In this document: piece by piece, positions 1-9,062 of the stretch | Position numbering within the stretch: position 1 is the first letter of the stretch | Layout of the letters: every line of letters begins with the position of its first letter | Assembly (NCBI GenBank): GCA_963762115.1 | Contig: CAVXJH010000003.1 | Coordinates: forward strand, 512,001-576,000 | Reading direction: 5' to 3' | Source of the DNA: Candidatus Babeliales bacterium | GTDB taxonomy: Bacteria; Babelota; Babeliae; Babelales; JANWKD01 | DNA length: 64,000 nucleotides | Program-made: the position numbers and the translations under genes | Notes under the pieces: generated by a model | The model's input: the letters and a program-made list of their open reading frames with translations, nothing else | Told to the model about the DNA's origin: nothing | Databases searched by the model: none

Positions 1-1
1 C

Positions 2-631
2 AATAATGCCATCAAAATAGCCAAAAAGTAGTTTAAAATTTTTATCATTCTTAATTATTTCAAATGTTTTTTCATCAAAATTCGTCAAAAGAAAGATTTT
101 ATGTAGCCGTTGACCAGAATAATTTTTTTGACTATGACATTTTTTTAGAATTTTTATTACTGAATGCTTAGGAATAGTTACCGCCGCCAAACGCGCAGGA
201 GTAAACATGAAATTAGTAATGGCTGTCCACAATTTAGCTTTTCTTTTACCAATTGAAGATCTAACCTCTTTTATTTTTGCCAAGATGATTGCTTTTACTT
301 CCTCGGGTGTTTTTAACCCTTGTAGCCAATCGCACATAATTTTAGGCAAAATTCTATCTTCATTAGAGGCCACTATTTGACCAGATCTATATGGTTCAAT
401 CGTACAGAGAAAATCCATATATTCTTCTTCAATGCGCAAAGGATTAGAAAAAATATTGGCAAATATATTACCGATTCCTATTTCTGATAAAACACTTCTG
501 GTTTGTTGTTCACCAAGAACACTGCCAAAGTCAAAAATTATATTTGTTGGCACGACAGCTAAAGAAGTTGCTTGAAAAAAAAGACATAACCCCATGAATA
601 CAACTTTTGTTATTTTGAATCTAATAATCAT
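2..631 (-). CDS. HAD-family hydrolase, runs off the left edge of the window (partial), with N-terminal signal-like segment
   Basis: Manual translation from ATG at 631: MIIRFKITKVVFMGLCLFFQATSLAVVPTNIIFDFGSVLG...LLTNFDEKTF...FGYFDGII; motif I-like IIFDFGSV; paralogue of the adjacent 727-1491 gene. Confidence 0.75.
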   Translation of the reverse strand, partial: MIIRFKITKVVFMGLCLFFQATSLAVVPTNIIFDFGSVLGEQQTRSVLSEIGIGNIFANIFSNPLRIEEEYMDFLCTIEPYRSGQIVASNEDRILPKIMCDWLQGLKTPEEVKAIILAKIKEVRSSIGKRKAKLWTAITNFMFTPARLAAVTIPKHSVIKILKKCHSQKNYSGQRLHKIFLLTNFDEKTFEIIKNDKNFKLLFGYFDGII

Positions 632-726
632 TGATAATCCCTCTAAAAAAAATCCTACTTATAAGATCTACATGCTTACTCTTGAAAAATTATATCATAG
701 TCAACCAAAAAAATCTTATCTCCATT

Positions 727-1491
727 TTATGCCATTAACCCATATTTCCGTAACAGCGATCCTAATTTTGAAGCTTTTAAACATAAAAGAGTCATCATAC
801 CAAATTCTTCTGCCGTAGCCAGATTTTCTCTTTGATCATCAATATAACAACATTCTTGAGGGTCAAGTTCAAAGGCATCAATAAGATAATTAAAAATTTC
901 AGGATCAGGTTTCAATAATTGCGTTTCATATGAGGTGACAATACCATCAAAAAGGTCAAAAAAGCTCTTATATTTTGGCTGAATTCCTTCATAGGTTTCC
1001 TGATCAATATTGGAAAGAATATATAATTTATAACTACTATTTTTCTTCAGTTTTTTTATCATATTTTCGACCGTAGAAACTGGCTTGAATATCTCAGCAC
1101 CTACAGCAGAATCTAACATTATATGGGCTAAACTAATCAAAGTTTTCTTTTGCCGTTTATCACTAAAAAAGTTTTGTCCGTCCAACATATCATAAAAAGC
1201 TAATACCCTGCCTAATGCTTCTTTGCTGGTGATTGTTCCTCGTTGCCACTCCAACATACACGATGGCAAGCGCACGCCTTTATAGGTAACTTTATCTTGA
1301 AACTCCCCTGGAATCTCTAAACGCATTTTATTCAATAAAGCCAAACTATCTTCAATAGGATCTTTACGATGTTTTAAATAATAAAAAATAATATTAACCA
1401 AACCTATTTTTCGTAATGCTTTTGCTTTATCAACAATAAATAAGACGCCAACTAAATCAAAGACAATCGTTTTAATAGGATTTTGCGACAT
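727..1491 (-). CDS. HAD-superfamily (IA, YihX-like) phosphatase
   Basis: IVFDLVGV, LSN, KPDPEIF and YIDD motifs. Confidence 0.85.
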   Translation of the reverse strand: MSQNPIKTIVFDLVGVLFIVDKAKALRKIGLVNIIFYYLKHRKDPIEDSLALLNKMRLEIPGEFQDKVTYKGVRLPSCMLEWQRGTITSKEALGRVLAFYDMLDGQNFFSDKRQKKTLISLAHIMLDSAVGAEIFKPVSTVENMIKKLKKNSSYKLYILSNIDQETYEGIQPKYKSFFDLFDGIVTSYETQLLKPDPEIFNYLIDAFELDPQECCYIDDQRENLATAEEFGMMTLLCLKASKLGSLLRKYGLMA

Positions 1492-1674
1492 GTATTCTTT
1501 CTTTTATGGAGAAATCGGTTGTTTTGCACAAATAAGCTTGACACCATATCTTCGAAAATACAATAGGTGCTTTTTTAAAAGCAAGAAAAAGACCTTAACT
1601 TTAAACTAAACGAATTATAAGATAAATTTTTCATTTTTAATTTGGCCTAAAGCAAAAAACTTATAAACAAGAAT

Positions 1675-1705
1675 TGTCATTGCGAGCGCATGCGTGGCAA
1701 CCCAG
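1675..1705 (+). repeat. TGTC/CGTC-type REP-like palindrome, solo copy
   Basis: tgtcattgcgagcgcatgcgtggcaacccag; same tag, stem and CCAG tail as the other copies. Confidence 0.85.
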
Positions 1706-1951
1706 TCTATAAAATAAATTCCATATATTATTGATACCATTTCCACATCTTTGTTTTTAGTATTTTTTAATATTATACGGCCCTATGCGGGCAGCACAAA
1801 GGTATTGCGTGCCCAATACCTTTGATACAAGGGCCTCCCCCTTCGCTTATCCACGCCTTCCGGCTTGGCAAGCTTGTATGTTAAATCAAAATGATTTTAA
1901 AGCTAAATTTTGTTAATTTATGATCAGTTGTTTTGAAATTAATTGTTTGAG

Positions 1952-2092
1952 AAGCTGATAGATCTCGTGTCAAGCTTGGTCTCAAAGGACCGTGTCATAG
2001 TTTGAGACTATCAGCTTATACAAAAATGACCTCGAACAATCACTAGAGACGTATCAAGTACATACGATCTCGCATGTCTACAAGCCAGAGGT
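1952..2092 (+). ncRNA. IS110 bridge RNA (target-binding and donor-binding loops)
   Basis: Stem aagctgatagatctc/gagactatcagctt encloses guides tgtcaagct (1968-1976) and gtcatag (1994-2000), which match the target. Stem acctc/gaggt encloses acaatcact (2036-2044) and tacaag (2079-2084), which match the donor junction. Confidence 0.85.
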
Positions 2093-2096
2093 ATTT

Positions 2097-3038
2097 ATGA
2101 AAAATATATCAAAAGTATTTATAGGTGTCGATATTTCAAAAAACACTTTAGATGTTTATATCCATCCAATAGGAAAATCTTTAAAAGTATCAAACTCAGA
2201 AGTTGGAATAACGGAGATCATTAAAGAATTAGTTAAATATGATATCGAACAAATTGCATGCGAAGCAACTGGTGGGTATGAAAAATTACTTGCTCGAATA
2301 TTAAAAAAAAATTGTTATTATCTTTGGATCATCGATCCAAGAAGAATAAAAGGCTATATTGTTGCTAGTGGCTGCAAAAGCAAAACGGATAAAATTGATG
2401 CTCGAAAAATTGCTGAATTTGCTTCTAAAAATTCTCCTGATTATGAGATAATGAACAAAAGCGAAAATCAAGAAAAATTACAAGCTTTGGTCAATCGTAA
2501 AAATGACTTGGTAAAATTTTTAGTTGCCGAAAAAACAAGATCTAAACATCCATCTCATGCATTATATGCATCAAGTATAAAGAAATTTATCAAAATCTTA
2601 GAGTGCGAAATCAAATCAATTGATTTAAAGATACAAGATTTAATTCAGCAAGATGAAAAATTAAATACAAAATCAAAAATTTTGGAGTCAATTCCAGGAA
2701 TAGGCAAAACTTCAGCTGCAACATTATTATCATTCGTTCCTGAACTTGGTCAAATAAGTAATAAAAAAGTATCAGCACTCATTGGTGTTTGTCCTTATGA
2801 GAATGAAAGTGGAAGTTATAAGGGTAAAAAATTCATCAGAGGTGGAAGAACTATTCCAAGAAATATGCTTTATATGTGTGCATTAACAACTATTAAATAT
2901 CATCTCCCATTAAAGGAACTTTACGATCGTTTAATAACTTCTAAAAAACCTTTTAAAATAGCTATCGTAGCTATTATGCATAAACTTATTGTGATTGCTA
3001 ATTCTTTACTAAAAAAAGGTGAATTATGTAAAGCTTAA
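2097..3038 (+). CDS. IS110-family transposase/recombinase
   Basis: GVDISK, EATG, KTDKIDA, SIPGIG, ESG (catalytic Ser), RGG motifs. Confidence 0.95.
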   Translation: MKNISKVFIGVDISKNTLDVYIHPIGKSLKVSNSEVGITEIIKELVKYDIEQIACEATGGYEKLLARILKKNCYYLWIIDPRRIKGYIVASGCKSKTDKIDARKIAEFASKNSPDYEIMNKSENQEKLQALVNRKNDLVKFLVAEKTRSKHPSHALYASSIKKFIKILECEIKSIDLKIQDLIQQDEKLNTKSKILESIPGIGKTSAATLLSFVPELGQISNKKVSALIGVCPYENESGSYKGKKFIRGGRTIPRNMLYMCALTTIKYHLPLKELYDRLITSKKPFKIAIVAIMHKLIVIANSLLKKGELCKA

Positions 3039-3064
3039 TATTGTTTAGCTTTATTAAAAAATAT

Positions 3065-3070
3065 TTGACT
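3065..3070 (+). promoter_or_regulatory. Outward-facing -35 box of the IS110 circle-junction promoter
   Basis: TTGACT; on circularisation it lies 17 bp from TATGTT (1877-1882). Confidence 0.75.
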
Positions 3071-3247
3071 TTTAACACAATCACTATGGCGGACAGGCCA
3101 ACCCTTCGAAGCGTTAGCGTAGTAGGGCCGCGCGAAAACGTGAATTCTAAATCTTGATGCAGAATGCATCAAGATTTAGAATTCACATCGCCACTACCGG
3201 ACTAACCTATATTTATAAATTTTCTTTAGAATTTCATTTATTTGGGC

Positions 3248-3292
3248 AATGAAAAAGGGCTTGCTCAATATTTGGACAGGCCCTTTTTCATT
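3248..3292. terminator. Intrinsic terminator-like hairpin
   Basis: aatgaaaaagggc...gccctttttcatt inverted repeat. Confidence 0.6.
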
Positions 3293-3306
3293 TTTAAAAA
3301 TCAATA

Positions 3307-3447
3307 TTATTTATTTTTGCTGCCAAAATAATAAACTACCGGGGCTACAACAGCAGCCGTAACAACCATAGCTCCTGCAATAATTTTTTTTGAATGTGTT
3401 TGGCAAAAGGTTTGATGAGAAATAGCAGCATCATATCCCTCCTTATG
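3307..3447 (-). pseudogene. 3' remnant of a C-terminally membrane-anchored protein gene
   Basis: Open frame HKEGYDAAISHQTFCQTHSKKIIAGAMVVTAAVVAPVVYYFGSKNK* followed by a terminator; 5' part replaced by the IS200 fragment. Confidence 0.45.
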
Positions 3448-3452
3448 ACCAG

Positions 3453-3590
3453 ATCAAAGGAAAAAGTGCTATTAAAGTTGCACGGCAATTTGAGGTAAAA
3501 CTAAAAACTTTAATGGCAAACGATTTTTGGGCTAGAGGTTATGTCATTTCGACCGTTGATTTTAAAATTGGGCAAATATACAATTTCTAA
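3453..3590 (+). pseudogene. IS200/IS605 TnpA (Y1 transposase) fragment
   Basis: IKGKSAIKVARQF ... FWARGYVISTV, typical of the TnpA C-terminal half; degenerate, with an early stop. Confidence 0.75.
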
Positions 3591-3705
3591 TTTTTTCTAT
3601 GTTAAATAAATTCCAGTTGTATTTTTTTTGATATGTGCTATTATTGAATTATATTCAAATTGATATTTTTACTATTTTTCAGGTTCAAAACAAAGGAGAA
3701 CCCCC

Positions 3706-6288
3706 GTGAAGAAACATATTATTTTCTTAACCATTTTTCTTATCATTGCCAATTCATTACCCATGTATTCAATGGAAACTGATGAGTTAGATATACGAGC
3801 AAAAGTTGAAAAATTAATAATCGAAGATGATCTTGATGCGCTCATTGATGATGTCACACCATTAATTTTTGCCGTTCAACAAAATGACCTTGATCTTATG
3901 CATCGACTTATTGCATTTGGTGCTAATGTTAATGCGCAAGCTTTAAATGGTTCAACGGCATTATTAGAAGCAGTAAAAATGTATGAGACAGCCAATAATT
4001 TCAATGTTATTAACTATTTGGTTAGTTGTGGTGCTCGAAATGATATTGAAGATGAAAAAGGGGAAACTGCTCTTTTTGTTGCTCGAGATTCTGGGTTTAA
4101 TGAAGTTGTAGAATTTTTGTTACCTCAAAACAATGTGAGTGTTCAAGGAAATGCAACACCATTGATACATGATGATTCGGAAGAAACAGAAAAACAATCT
4201 GATATAAAACAGACTGAAAAAGGAAAAGAAAAAGAGTCTCAAGAAGATAAAAAATCTAAAAAGACAAAAAAGCAAATTTTAGCAACTATGATTAAAAAAC
4301 CGATAAGGGTTATTGAATCAGGGGTAAAAGCTAGTTATTATGCTTCTCTTCATTATCTTCATCAAAAAAATGCTGATTATCAAAAAAGAGCATTAAGAAA
4401 ATATCTTAAAAATATAAAAAAACAATCGCAAATTAATGATAGATATTCACCATTGATAGCGGCAGTTAAAAATAATGATCTTGAAACGGTAATAACATTA
4501 CTTAGTGACCCAATGACAGATGTTAATATGAAAGATCATACAGAATGGACGGCCTTAGCAACTGCAATACATCAAGGTAATTTAAAAATTGTAGAAGTAT
4601 TGGTTAATCATAAAGGAATAATTCTTGATGCGCCAAGTTCTTCTAGATGCTGGACAGCATTAATGGAAGCTATTTTTACTCAAAATGTTGAAATTGTAAA
4701 ACTTTTAATAGAAAAAGGAGCCAATATCAATGCTGTAAACAATCTTGGAGTAACAGTTTTGATACTTGCTGTTTGGCATGGAACTCCTGAAATAATTGAC
4801 TTACTTTTAAGTTTTAATGCCGATGAAGATAAAAAATTAAATATTAATAATAAAAACACTTCAGGCTATACTGCTTTATTTTATGCAGCTCAAAGAAATA
4901 ATTTAGATTTGGTCAAGAAATTAATAAATCTTGGTGCAATTATTGAAAATGAATCTATGGAAACTAGCCCTCTAAATCCGATTCATAAAAGTAATAAAAA
5001 TACTAATCAAGAAATTAATAAAGAAATAGTAGAGTTTTTGAGAGAAGCATTTGAAGAAAGAAGTAAAAAAGAATCTGCTCAAAATATTTTTGAAGGAAAA
5101 ATTGAGGAAAAACAAGAAATTTCTCAAGCAAAACCTAAAAAAGTAATGCAATCTGAGCTTGCATCAAAGCTTTTACGTGCACTGAAAAATGGTGATCTTG
5201 CTACGATTCAAGATGCAATTGCAAAAGGTGTTGATATTAATCTTGCATTAAATGAATATGGTGACACTTTATTTATTCTTGCAATTGATAATAAAAAAAT
5301 TAATATTGCTCAATGGTTAATTGAAGCAGGTTCTGATATTAATAAAAGTAATAATGATGAGATAACACCATTGCTATTGGCTATGGCAAATGAAGAGCCT
5401 AAAATTATTCAATGGTTACTTGAAATTCCTGGTATTGATGCTAATAAACCTACTGATGAAGGAGTTACCCCATTGATAGCGGCTATAGCAAATAAAAAGT
5501 ATAAAATTGTTCAATGGTTACTTGAGACTCCTGGTATTGATGTTAATAAAGCCCATAGCAATGGAGTTACTCCATTGTTAAGGGCTATAGCAGATAAAGA
5601 GCATAAAATTGTTCAATGGTTACTTGAAACTCCTGGTATTGATGTTAATAAAGCCAATAATAATGGAGTAACTCCATTGCTATGGGCTATAGCAAATAAA
5701 GAGTTTAAAATTGTTCAGTGGTTACTTGAAACTCCTGGTATTGATGTTAATAAAGCCAATAATAATGGAGTAACTCCATTGCTATGGGCTATAGCAAATA
5801 AAGAGTTTAAAATTGTTCAGTGGTTACTTGAAACTCCTGGTATTGATGTTAATAAAGCTAATAATAATGGAGTAACTCCATTAATGAAAGCTATAGTTAT
5901 TGAAGAATTTGTGATTGCGCGCTTATTAATTACTAAGGGTGCAAATGTCAACGCTCTAAATAATTATGAAGCCTCAGCCCTAGTATGTGCTTTTTGTCAC
6001 ATAAACAATATTGGATTTTGCAATGACCATATATCTTTCATCTTCTTATTGATTGCACATGGGGCTGATGTAAACATTTCATGTATAATTAATGATAAAA
6101 AAACAACAATATTACAATGTGTGGTTGAAAATGGATGGATTAGCCTGCTCGAAAGTATTCTTAATTGCCAAACAGTTGATAAAATGAAAATTCGCGAATG
6201 GGCAATAGCAAGCAATAATAGAAAAGTAATCAATTTTTTAGATAAAAAAGAGGATTTAGATAAAAAAGAACGTTGTATAATAAGTTAA
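3706..6288 (+). CDS. Secreted ankyrin-repeat protein with C-terminal CaaX motif (putative effector)
   Basis: Signal peptide, many TPLxxA...GADVN repeats, ends KKERCIIS. Confidence 0.9.
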   Translation: MKKHIIFLTIFLIIANSLPMYSMETDELDIRAKVEKLIIEDDLDALIDDVTPLIFAVQQNDLDLMHRLIAFGANVNAQALNGSTALLEAVKMYETANNFNVINYLVSCGARNDIEDEKGETALFVARDSGFNEVVEFLLPQNNVSVQGNATPLIHDDSEETEKQSDIKQTEKGKEKESQEDKKSKKTKKQILATMIKKPIRVIESGVKASYYASLHYLHQKNADYQKRALRKYLKNIKKQSQINDRYSPLIAAVKNNDLETVITLLSDPMTDVNMKDHTEWTALATAIHQGNLKIVEVLVNHKGIILDAPSSSRCWTALMEAIFTQNVEIVKLLIEKGANINAVNNLGVTVLILAVWHGTPEIIDLLLSFNADEDKKLNINNKNTSGYTALFYAAQRNNLDLVKKLINLGAIIENESMETSPLNPIHKSNKNTNQEINKEIVEFLREAFEERSKKESAQNIFEGKIEEKQEISQAKPKKVMQSELASKLLRALKNGDLATIQDAIAKGVDINLALNEYGDTLFILAIDNKKINIAQWLIEAGSDINKSNNDEITPLLLAMANEEPKIIQWLLEIPGIDANKPTDEGVTPLIAAIANKKYKIVQWLLETPGIDVNKAHSNGVTPLLRAIADKEHKIVQWLLETPGIDVNKANNNGVTPLLWAIANKEFKIVQWLLETPGIDVNKANNNGVTPLLWAIANKEFKIVQWLLETPGIDVNKANNNGVTPLMKAIVIEEFVIARLLITKGANVNALNNYEASALVCAFCHINNIGFCNDHISFIFLLIAHGADVNISCIINDKKTTILQCVVENGWISLLESILNCQTVDKMKIREWAIASNNRKVINFLDKKEDLDKKERCIIS
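5401..5882 (+). repeat. Near-identical 102-bp tandem repeats (34-aa ankyrin units)
   Basis: Units start at 5401, 5503, 5605, 5707 and 5809 (aaaattgttca[ag]tggttacttgaaactcctggtattgatgttaataaagc...). Confidence 0.9.
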
Positions 6289-6448
6289 TTGGTTAATTTT
6301 AGATATTTTATTAAAGAGAGAAGTAATATTTTCTTGATTTCTCTCTTTAATAATTATAGAACCTATCTGAAAACTCAGGGCAGTTAAAAAAATAAAAATC
6401 TCTTTCTTGAGTTGAGCTTTATTATAAGCAACATTATACTAAAATATT

Positions 6449-6835
6449 ATGAATCTCTACCAAGCCCTCTTAATGGACCATTATCAAAACCCCCGCAACT
6501 ATGGAACCCTCGAAAACCCTGACTTCAGTTCAGGAGAACATAACCCTTCTTGTGGCGATATAATCACTATTCAAGGAAACATCGAAAACGATCGCCTCAC
6601 AAAAATATGTTTCACCGCACAAGGATGCGTCATTAGCGTTGCATCAGCATCACTCCTTACTGAATATGCCCACCAAAAAACCTTAGAAACCATCACCGCA
6701 ATTACCCCCCAACAGATGCAAGAAATTATAGGTATCACCTTAGGGCCTCTACGCATCAAATGCGCACTTCTTTCCCTTATCGCTTTACAAAAAGGCATTC
6801 AAAATTACACCCAAACTCATCTCAAAGGCTCCTAA
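6449..6835 (+). CDS. sufU: SufU/IscU-type Fe-S scaffold / sulfur-transfer protein
   Basis: DHYQNPRN, NPSCGD, GCVISVASAS, RIKCALL. Confidence 0.9.
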   Translation: MNLYQALLMDHYQNPRNYGTLENPDFSSGEHNPSCGDIITIQGNIENDRLTKICFTAQGCVISVASASLLTEYAHQKTLETITAITPQQMQEIIGITLGPLRIKCALLSLIALQKGIQNYTQTHLKGS

Positions 6836-7962
6836 TGCTTGATAAACCAAAAGTTTTACAAGCACTCCAAAATGTAGCCCAAACCCTTTTCCTTGATCTT
6901 TCTGATGAACTTGCTTTAGCACAAAAAGTATGGCTTGAAATTCAAAATGACAGCACCTTTGCTTATAAAGTTCAACAAGCTCACGCACCTTGGCTGATTC
7001 CTTCATGGTTCGATGCACTGGCAAATACCTATGCCATAGAACCTCAAACAGAAAATTATCATATTCTTTCCGTTGATGGTTCACAAATTTACCCTGATCG
7101 CCATCAAGGAACCTCTTGCTATTTAATCAATATTGGATCAGTGCACATTCATTATAATGGTGAACGTGCACGCATAAACTTAACATCACAACCGCATGTT
7201 TTTGTACCACAAAATGAACAAGAAGCTCTTGAAAGTTCACTTGATCATGTTAATTGTAAAAGACAAGATTTTGAACTTCGTGATAGTTTTCATTTAATAG
7301 AATCGCTCGCTCAAAACGCTGATAATGATCAAAAAGTGCTTCTTTTTGATGGATCACTCATTTTTTGGCATTTAGAAGGTAAAGAGCAAACTATGAAAGA
7401 AGAATATGTAAATAAATACATACTTTCACTGTATAAAATCTATCAAGCTAAAACGCTCATGGCCGGTTACATTAGCATGCCAAAAAGCAAAGAGCTCGTT
7501 AATCTCATTAAACTTTCGTTATCTGATTTTGATCCAATCAATAATGATACTCATAAAAAAGTTGAACATATTCTTGATGCACATATTGCACGATTTTTTC
7601 TTCCTCCTTTTCATCATTCAATCGTTTTCAAAAGTCATTCACTTATTACTGAACATTATCCTCATATATTAAAACCTTATTTTTTTTATATTAATACAGG
7701 ACACGAAATTGCACGTATCGAAATTCCTCAATGGATCGCCTTCAATCATGATCATATAAAAAAACTTGCAAGCATTATTCTTGATCAAACACAAAAAGGT
7801 CACGGTTATCCAGTGTGCTTAGCTGAAGCACATGAACAAGCGGTGGTAAAAGGACCTGATAGAGAATTCTTTTATCATCTCATTCAAAAGATTGGTTTTG
7901 ATCAACAACAACGATTAATTTTTTCTCAAAAAAGCATGAAAAAACGCGGCATTGGTATTTAA
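6835..7962 (+). CDS. nurA: NurA-family 5'-3' nuclease
   Basis: SVDGSQIYPDRH, LLFDGSL, GYPVCLAEAHEQAVV; start coupled to the sufU stop (TAATG). Confidence 0.85.
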   Translation: MLDKPKVLQALQNVAQTLFLDLSDELALAQKVWLEIQNDSTFAYKVQQAHAPWLIPSWFDALANTYAIEPQTENYHILSVDGSQIYPDRHQGTSCYLINIGSVHIHYNGERARINLTSQPHVFVPQNEQEALESSLDHVNCKRQDFELRDSFHLIESLAQNADNDQKVLLFDGSLIFWHLEGKEQTMKEEYVNKYILSLYKIYQAKTLMAGYISMPKSKELVNLIKLSLSDFDPINNDTHKKVEHILDAHIARFFLPPFHHSIVFKSHSLITEHYPHILKPYFFYINTGHEIARIEIPQWIAFNHDHIKKLASIILDQTQKGHGYPVCLAEAHEQAVVKGPDREFFYHLIQKIGFDQQQRLIFSQKSMKKRGIGI

Positions 7963-8059
7963 ATACTTACGCATCACCTCATGTATTATCATTGCTTTTT
8001 TACGGTGCTTGCTATAGAATTGGGTAAAAAATAATTTCATTCATATTGTAATAAGCAAA

Positions 8060-9031
8060 GTGAAAACGATGAAAAATAAAACATTATTATCAACAGTAAC
8101 ATTATTTTTGTTGTTACAGACACAATCAATAGTAGCGATGGATCTGAGAAATTATTTTAATCCATCTAACCTACTCACAAACAATTTGAATTTTTTAAAA
8201 TACAGCCCACTTGCAATTGTAGCTGTTTTATCAATCTCAATGCAAAATTATTTTGCATCAACAGCTTTGAAAGCTCTGCGCAAAGAAGAAAAAAAGGATC
8301 GCGAAGTTGAGATGGAAGTTACCATTCAATCAGAAGCTGCATTAGTTACATTGGTAACCGAAGAAGTCACTGTAATCTCTAATAACGTAAGTGATGGCAG
8401 ACAAGACTTAAAAGAATACCAACATCTCAGACAAATTAAAAACAAAAAAATGAAAAATATTTTTGAACAAAATCAAGCTGCTCAATTAGACTATTGTAAA
8501 AAAAGAACAAATAAAATAATTGCACGCCTTGAAACAGGGGAAAAGGAGCGCGAAATATCCACACAAAGAGCTTTACATAATTTATTTGAAATACAAGAAA
8601 AAGAATTCGGAGAAATAAGCTGCAAGGCTAAATTATTCGTTGAAAAAGAAGATAAACAACATGCAAAGTTACAAGCAGAATTTTTTGAGACTAATGAAAG
8701 AGCGCAAGAACAACTATATAATCAAACCGAACAAATGCAAAGTCAATTAACCCGTATTAAACAAGCAGTTCATCGTCTTAATAATGAATCACAAAAAAAC
8801 AATGCAAAGTTACAAAAAAAAGAAAGAAAAACTAAGGAACAGCATAAAAAACAAGAACAATTAAAAAGTATATGTAGCAATTTCAAGCAACAATTTGCAC
8901 ATCTCAAACAGAAATTAGAATCTCAACAATCTAGAAGACAAATAAATCAACAAAATTTATATCGTAGTAATAGACCTCAATTGTCTAGGGAAGATCTTAA
9001 AAACGCTATATTTGTTGTTTCCAATAATTAA
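8060..9031 (+). CDS. Secreted coiled-coil hypothetical protein
   Basis: Signal peptide (SIVA-MD), one hydrophobic segment, Q/K/E-rich helical body. Confidence 0.7.
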   Translation: MKTMKNKTLLSTVTLFLLLQTQSIVAMDLRNYFNPSNLLTNNLNFLKYSPLAIVAVLSISMQNYFASTALKALRKEEKKDREVEMEVTIQSEAALVTLVTEEVTVISNNVSDGRQDLKEYQHLRQIKNKKMKNIFEQNQAAQLDYCKKRTNKIIARLETGEKEREISTQRALHNLFEIQEKEFGEISCKAKLFVEKEDKQHAKLQAEFFETNERAQEQLYNQTEQMQSQLTRIKQAVHRLNNESQKNNAKLQKKERKTKEQHKKQEQLKSICSNFKQQFAHLKQKLESQQSRRQINQQNLYRSNRPQLSREDLKNAIFVVSNN

Positions 9032-9062
9032 TATTAATAACAATTTTGACGGGGAATTTATC

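Larger units (their letters stand above)
1873..3085 (+). mobile_element. IS110-family insertion sequence, CT core at both junctions (1873-1874 and 3084-3085)
   Basis: Contains a DEDD recombinase gene. Removing it restores ggcttggcaagCTatggcggacagg, matching uninterrupted repeat copies near 15706-15729. No terminal IRs. Confidence 0.92.
1778..3206. repeat. Structured ~250-bp repeat element, copy 1, interrupted by IS110
   Basis: 1778-1874 plus 3086-3206 are colinear with 15643-15891 (cggccctatgcgggcagcacaaaggtattgcgtgcc ... cccttcgaagcgttagcgtagtagggccgcgcgaa ... cactaccggactaac). Confidence 0.85.

Noticed and set aside
1778..1833. Structured repeat as a pistol/hammerhead ribozyme or group II intron domain V
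   Set aside because: Catalytic core motifs are absent or in the wrong order.
5401..5882. CRISPR array or DGR template/variable repeat
   Set aside because: These are in-frame coding repeats without spacers; no cas or reverse transcriptase gene is in the window, and differences are not adenine-specific.
6355..6376. tagaacctatctgaaaact, similar to tagagcttatccgaaact near 58505; possible IS/MITE end
   Set aside because: Too short, with no partner IR or transposase.
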